Shown: one piece after another, positions 59,211-64,000 of the stretch
Layout of the letters: every line of letters starts with the position of its first letter
Numbering within the stretch: the stretch's first letter is position 1
Origin: Terriglobia bacterium
Lineage (GTDB): Bacteria > Acidobacteriota > Terriglobia > 2-12-FULL-54-10
Reading direction: 5' to 3'
Assembly (NCBI GenBank): GCA_963666975.2
Contig: CAXVYR010000004.1
Span: forward strand, 768,001-832,000
Length of the DNA: 64,000 bases
Made by a program: the position numbers and the translations under genes
The notes under the pieces: generated by a model
Seen by the model: the letters and a program-made list of their open reading frames with translations, nothing else
The model's database searches: none
Told to the model about the DNA's origin: nothing

Positions 59211-60263
59211 TCAGCGCAACTCTTCCATGATTTCTTCGAGAGCTTCCCTTCCGGGGCGCACTCTTTCTTCGGGAAGCGTGGCCAGGGGTTCATCGACCAA
59301 GTTCAATAGCTCCACAAAATCTTTCCTGTGCGTGTTCACGTAGAAGATTCCAGTGAGCACCTCGTTTCTTTCCTTCGCCGCTTCCATTGCCAGCAAGGCT
59401 TTCAGATGGTCCGTCGCGTCGAAGTCAGGGGCCAGCTTGCGCAGCCGCAGGTGGGAGCCGTCGTGGAGCTGCACGTCCTGCGTCTCGCCGGGATCGTAAT
59501 TCACCTCAATGTTTTGAAAGAAGGGAATAAAATCGATTTCCTGCAACGGATTGTCGTGTTCCTTCATGTAGGAATAGCTCTTGGTGGAACCTTCGTGGTC
59601 GTTGAAGGTCACGCAGGGAGAGATGACATCCAGCATGGCGATGCCCCGGTGCGCAATGGCCGCTTTGAGGATAGCCAGGAGCTGCTTCTTATCCCCGGAA
59701 AAAGACCGCGCTACAAACGTTGCGCCAAGCTCAATCGCCAGAGCGCAGGTGTCGATTGCGGGAAGGTCATTGATGACTCCGCTCTTTTGTTTGGAGCCCA
59801 AATCCGCCGTGGCGGAGAACTGTCCTTTTGTCAGCCCGTAGCAGCCGTTGTCCTCGATGATGTAAATCAGAGGGACATTGCGCCGCATCAAGTGAACAAA
59901 CTGTCCCATCCCGATGGACGCCGTATCGCCGTCTCCGCTGACCCCGATTGCCATCAAAGTCTGATTGCCCAGCAGCGAGCCGGTGGCGATTGACGGCATG
60001 CGTCCGTGCACTCCGTTGAAGCCGTGCGACGAGCCGAGGAAATAGGCCGGGGCCTTGCTGGAGCAGCCGATTCCGGAGAGCTTGATCACCTGCGAGGGAC
60101 GCACGCCCATCTCAAAGAACGCCTCGATGATGCGCTCGGTGATGGCGTTGTGGCCGCAACCTGCGCAGAGCGTGGTTTTGCCGCCACGGTAGGTGGCGAT
60201 TTCCAATCCGATGCGGTTGGCTTTGGGGGGAGAGGATGCCGGAGGTTTGGTGGCCGTGCTCAT
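59211..60263 (-). CDS. korB: 2-oxoacid:ferredoxin oxidoreductase beta subunit
   Basis: LCAGCGH, SGIGCSSK, VHGRMP, SGDGD, YGLTKGQFS, SPCVTFN. Confidence 0.93.
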   Translation of the reverse strand: MSTATKPPASSPPKANRIGLEIATYRGGKTTLCAGCGHNAITERIIEAFFEMGVRPSQVIKLSGIGCSSKAPAYFLGSSHGFNGVHGRMPSIATGSLLGNQTLMAIGVSGDGDTASIGMGQFVHLMRRNVPLIYIIEDNGCYGLTKGQFSATADLGSKQKSGVINDLPAIDTCALAIELGATFVARSFSGDKKQLLAILKAAIAHRGIAMLDVISPCVTFNDHEGSTKSYSYMKEHDNPLQEIDFIPFFQNIEVNYDPGETQDVQLHDGSHLRLRKLAPDFDATDHLKALLAMEAAKERNEVLTGIFYVNTHRKDFVELLNLVDEPLATLPEERVRPGREALEEIMEELR

Positions 60264-60264
60264 G

Positions 60265-62103
60265 TTAGTTGCCTGATTCCTGTGCGACGATTTCCTCAGT
60301 TACCGTTCGCGCATCGATGGGCATGCCGGTGTAATGGCGAACACTGCGAACCTTGTTGCAATCCCTCCACACAGCCGCGCGGATCAGGTCGCACATCTGG
60401 CCGTCGCGGTTCTGCTCCACTACATAGACGCGCTTATAACGTTTTACAAATTCCGGAAGCTGCTGATTGAACGGAAAAGCCCGAAGACGCATATACGATG
60501 TTTTAAGGTCCTGCTCCTTCCGCAACTGGTCGCGGCTCTCCACCACCGCCCAGTGGCTGCTGCCAAAGGCGATGATGCCGACCTCCGTTCCAGGCTCTTC
60601 GTCCACGACAGGCGGCAAAACCCGCTGGCGAGCAGTTTCATACTTGCGCTTCAGGCGGTCCATATTGTTCTTGTAGTCTTCCGGACGCTCGCTGTAGGTT
60701 GCTTTCTCGTTGTGTCCGCTGCCGCGAGTGAAGTAGGCCGCCAGGGGATGATCCGTTCCCGGAAGGGTGCGATAGGGGATGCCGTCCCCGTCCACATCGC
60801 GGTAGCGCTCAAACTTTTGGAGGCGCTCCAGGTCTTCGGCGTCGAGCACCTTGCCCCGGCTGATCGGCTTGTCCGGGTAGGCGAACGGGTCCGCCATCCA
60901 GTTGTTCATACCCAAATCCAGATCGCTCATGACGAAAACGGGGGTCTGAAACTCTTCCGCCAGCTCAAAGGCCTCCTGCGCCATGGTGTAGCATTCCTCG
61001 GCCGAGGAGGGGAAAAGTATGATGTGTGCCGTGTCCCCGTGGGACAGAAAAGCGGTGGAGAGGATATCACCTTGCGCGGTGCGGGTCGGCAGGCCGGTGG
61101 AAGGGCCTACGCGCGCGATGTCAAAAATCACAACCGGAATCTCCGTGTAGTAGGCCAGCCCGACGAACTCTGACATAAGGGAGATGCCGGGTCCAGAGGT
61201 GGAGGTCATGGCACGGGCTCCCGCCCAGCCGGCTCCCACAGCCATGCCCACAGCGGCCAGTTCGTCTTCGGCTTGCACAATTGCGAAGGTGGCTTTTCCG
61301 GTCTTTGGGTCTAGACGGTACCGCTTCATGTATTCGATGAGGGATTCGCCCACGGAAGAGGAGGGGGTGATCGGATACCAACTCATAACCGTTACCCCGG
61401 CAAACATGCACCCAATCGCCGTGGCTGCGTTGCCGTCAATCAGGACCTTGCCTTGATTCTTATTCATGCGCTCCAGACGGAAGGGATCCGTCTTGGGCAA
61501 GTTCTTGTCCGCGTAGTCGAACCCGGCCTGGATGGCGTTCCAATTCATTTCCGCGGCTTTCACTTTCTTGCCAAGCTGCTTCCGCAGGGCCTTTTCGATC
61601 TCGGCCAAATCGATGTGCAGCAGCCGTGCCAGAACGCCATCGTAGATCATGTTGCGGACCAAGCGGCGCAGCCTGGCGTCGGGACAGACCGGCGTGACGA
61701 GCTTGTCGAAGGGCACGGGGTAAAACTCAAGGTCCTGGCGAAGCTCTTGCAGGTTCAACGGCTCGTCATAGAGGGCGGCTGCGCCCGGAGGCAGGGTGAG
61801 CACATCCTCGCGGGCCGTCTCCGGATTCATGGCCACCAGAAAATCCAGTTCTTTCTTCCTGGCGATATAACCCTCGTGATTGGCGCGGATAGTGTACCAG
61901 GTGGGCAGACCGGCGATGTTGGAAGGGAAAAGATTCTTCCCGGAGACGGGAATTCCCATCTGGAAAATGGAACGCAGCAGGACCGTGTTCGCCGTCTGGC
62001 TGCCGGAACCGTTGACCGTAGCCACCTGAATGCTCATGTCGTTGACGATTCGTTTTTTGGATGCTAACGGGCGGCTGGGAACTGCGGCTTCGGTGGTTGC
62101 CAT
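60265..62103 (-). CDS. korA: 2-oxoacid:ferredoxin oxidoreductase alpha subunit (gamma-alpha fused)
   Basis: NGSGSQTAN, WYPITPSS, QAEDELAA, TSGPG, GPSTGLPTRT. Confidence 0.93.
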   Translation of the reverse strand: MATTEAAVPSRPLASKKRIVNDMSIQVATVNGSGSQTANTVLLRSIFQMGIPVSGKNLFPSNIAGLPTWYTIRANHEGYIARKKELDFLVAMNPETAREDVLTLPPGAAALYDEPLNLQELRQDLEFYPVPFDKLVTPVCPDARLRRLVRNMIYDGVLARLLHIDLAEIEKALRKQLGKKVKAAEMNWNAIQAGFDYADKNLPKTDPFRLERMNKNQGKVLIDGNAATAIGCMFAGVTVMSWYPITPSSSVGESLIEYMKRYRLDPKTGKATFAIVQAEDELAAVGMAVGAGWAGARAMTSTSGPGISLMSEFVGLAYYTEIPVVIFDIARVGPSTGLPTRTAQGDILSTAFLSHGDTAHIILFPSSAEECYTMAQEAFELAEEFQTPVFVMSDLDLGMNNWMADPFAYPDKPISRGKVLDAEDLERLQKFERYRDVDGDGIPYRTLPGTDHPLAAYFTRGSGHNEKATYSERPEDYKNNMDRLKRKYETARQRVLPPVVDEEPGTEVGIIAFGSSHWAVVESRDQLRKEQDLKTSYMRLRAFPFNQQLPEFVKRYKRVYVVEQNRDGQMCDLIRAAVWRDCNKVRSVRHYTGMPIDARTVTEEIVAQESGN

Positions 62104-62356
62104 TAAACTCTTCAAACCTCAGAGAAACGCCCGGGGATAAAGTGTCCGAGGGGCGGACTCCAGGCAGTGACGGCGAAGGGGTCAAGCCTGCGGCGATTTC
62201 TCGATCTTCGGTGCCTCGAATTAACAGTGTAACCGACCCGGCGCGTAAAAATCAATGCCGGAGCGGGTCTGAGCCGTATTATGTTCCTCATTGTGAACCA
62301 CAAAGTGAACCACAAACGGCAGCCAGTCCCTTGCCGCCAAAAGATCAATAGTCCCG

Positions 62357-62390
62357 AAAAAAAAGCCCGGACACCCGCAGTGTCCGGGCC
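62357..62390 (-). terminator. Rho-independent terminator downstream of groEL
   Basis: Minus strand reads GCCCGGACAC-TGCGG-GTGTCCGGGC-TTTTTTTT. Confidence 0.85.
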
Positions 62391-62505
62391 TGAACGCTCG
62401 ATCTATATTCAGAAGATTCCTTAACCGGGCGTCTTGCGGATCGGGGGAAATCCCCCCCCAATCCGCCCGGCTTCTGGAGATGTCTCTAAAGCCAGCCTTG
62501 CTGCT

Positions 62506-64000
62506 CTAGTACATCCCTCCTCCCATTCCTCCGGGTGGCATGGGCGGCATCTTCTCCTTCTCCTCCGGAATGTCGGTGATCAGAGCCTCGGTGGTGAGCA
62601 TCAGGGAGGCAATCGAACCGGCATTTTGCAAGGCGAAGCGGGTTACTTTGGCCGGATCAATCACTCCCGCCTGGATCAGGTTCTCGTACTTCTCCGAATC
62701 GGCGTTGAAGCCGAACGCTTCATCGGAATTTGCCCGGACCTTTTCCAACACCACGGCGCCCTCGTGCCCGGCATTGGAGACAATCTGCCGCAGCGGCTCT
62801 TCCAAAGCACGCTTGACGATGCTGACACCAACCCGCTCATCGGATGGGGCTTTGAGCTTGTCGAGAGCGGGGATGGCGCGCACCAGGGCGACTCCCCCGC
62901 CGGGCACAATCCCTTCCTCGACGGCTGCCCGGGTGGCGTGCATGGCATCCTCGACCCGCGCTTTTTTCTCTTTCATCTCCGTCTCGGTCGCTGCGCCCAC
63001 CTTGATGATGGCAACGCCGCCCACCAGTTTGGCCAGCCGCTCTTGCAGTTTCTCCCGGTCATAATCGGAGGTGGTATCGTCAATCTGCGTGCGCAACTGC
63101 TTCACGCGGCCTTGAATATCGGAGTGCTTACCGGCGCCTTCCACGATGGTGGTGTTGTCCTTGTCGATGGTGATTTTCTTGGCGTGGCCCAGTTGGTCCA
63201 TCTTGATATCTTCCAACTTGAATCCCAACTCTTCGCTGATGACCTGGCCACCGGTCAAGATGGCAATGTCTTCGAGCATCGCTTTGCGACGGTCCCCAAA
63301 GCCGGGCGCCTTCACCGCGGCAACGTGCAGGGTGCCCCGCAACTTATTGACCACCAACGTGGCCAGTGCTTCCCCGTCCACATCTTCCGAGAGAATTAGC
63401 AACGGCTTGCCCGTTTTGGCGGTCTGCTCCAGCAAGGGCAGCAGATCCTTCATCGAGCTGATTTTCTTTTCATGGATCAAAATGCGGACATCGTCCAGGA
63501 CAACCTCCATGCGTTCGGCGTCCGTCACGAAGTAGGGAGACAGGTAGCCGCGGTCGAACTGCATTCCTTCCACCACCTCGAGCAGCGTCTCCATGGTTTT
63601 GGATTCCTCGACGGTGATCACGCCGTCCTTGCCGACCTTCTTCATCGCCTCGGCGATAATGTTGCCGATGGTCCTGTCGTTGTTGGCGGAGACCGTTCCT
63701 ACCTGAGCGATCATGTCGCCCTTGACGTCTTTGGAGAGCCTCTTGATCTCGGCGACAGTCACCTCAATCGCCTTGTCCACGCCGCGCTTCAGCGCCATGG
63801 GGTTGGCCCCGGCGGCCACGTTCTTTACGCCCTCGCGGAAGATGGTCTGCGCCAGCACGGTGGCGGTGGTGGTTCCATCCCCGGCTACGTCACTGGTTTT
63901 GGAAGCCACTTCGCGAAGCATCTGGGCGCCCATATTTTCCAGCGGATTCTTCAACTCGATCTCCTTGGCCACGGTCACCCCGTCTTTGGTGATCGTGGGA
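62506..64000 (-). CDS. groL: Chaperonin GroEL (5' end outside window)
   Basis: [29 protein letters not shown]-terminal GGMGGGMY. Confidence 0.98.
   Translation of the reverse strand, partial: PTITKDGVTVAKEIELKNPLENMGAQMLREVASKTSDVAGDGTTTATVLAQTIFREGVKNVAAGANPMALKRGVDKAIEVTVAEIKRLSKDVKGDMIAQVGTVSANNDRTIGNIIAEAMKKVGKDGVITVEESKTMETLLEVVEGMQFDRGYLSPYFVTDAERMEVVLDDVRILIHEKKISSMKDLLPLLEQTAKTGKPLLILSEDVDGEALATLVVNKLRGTLHVAAVKAPGFGDRRKAMLEDIAILTGGQVISEELGFKLEDIKMDQLGHAKKITIDKDNTTIVEGAGKHSDIQGRVKQLRTQIDDTTSDYDREKLQERLAKLVGGVAIIKVGAATETEMKEKKARVEDAMHATRAAVEEGIVPGGGVALVRAIPALDKLKAPSDERVGVSIVKRALEEPLRQIVSNAGHEGAVVLEKVRANSDEAFGFNADSEKYENLIQAGVIDPAKVTRFALQNAGSIASLMLTTEALITDIPEEKEKMPPMPPGGMGGGMY

Noticed and set aside
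62434-63399. 321-aa plus-strand ORF
   Set aside because: Antisense shadow of groEL.

Overview
Bacterial window, very probably Acidobacteria: it has an Oar-like TonB-dependent receptor, an NHL/BACON protein with a Solibacter-type C-terminal domain, and a tonB-exbB-exbD-exbD-TPR cluster. (1) About 1-21.6 kb is a lower-GC accessory island. Seven co-oriented paralogues of a secreted Amidohydro_3/YtcJ-like metallo-amidohydrolase (5 intact, 1 hit twice by IS256, 1 decayed fragment) surround a sigma54-promoted TonB-dependent receptor. The paralogues are recombinational mosaics with unusual active-site motifs. Three IS256 copies and a broken, half-inverted IS1380 flank the array. (2) About 22-30 kb holds a DUF3311/sodium:solute symporter pair, a dense cluster of REP-like palindromes and a ~1600-aa NHL-repeat surface protein split by homopolymer frameshifts. 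(3) At 31.7-34 kb is a decayed integron-like cassette array: two DUF433/PIN toxin-antitoxin cassettes, an unknown ORF, attC core sites, a duplicated attI-like block containing triple-nested REPs, and a tyrosine-recombinase scar. (4) At 34-40 kb is a wzm-wzt-methyltransferase/coiled-coil-GT2/GT4 glycan export locus. (5) From 41 to 64 kb the genes are mostly housekeeping: bacilliredoxin, cytochrome P460-like, glyA, tgt-yajC-secD-secF, Ton/Exb cluster, rel, rpmB, a Tat-signal TPP enzyme, korAB and a partial groEL. No rRNA, tRNA or CRISPR was seen. Several local duplications and homopolymer indels look like assembly or consensus errors. Family assignments come from recognising motifs by eye; no database searches were run.
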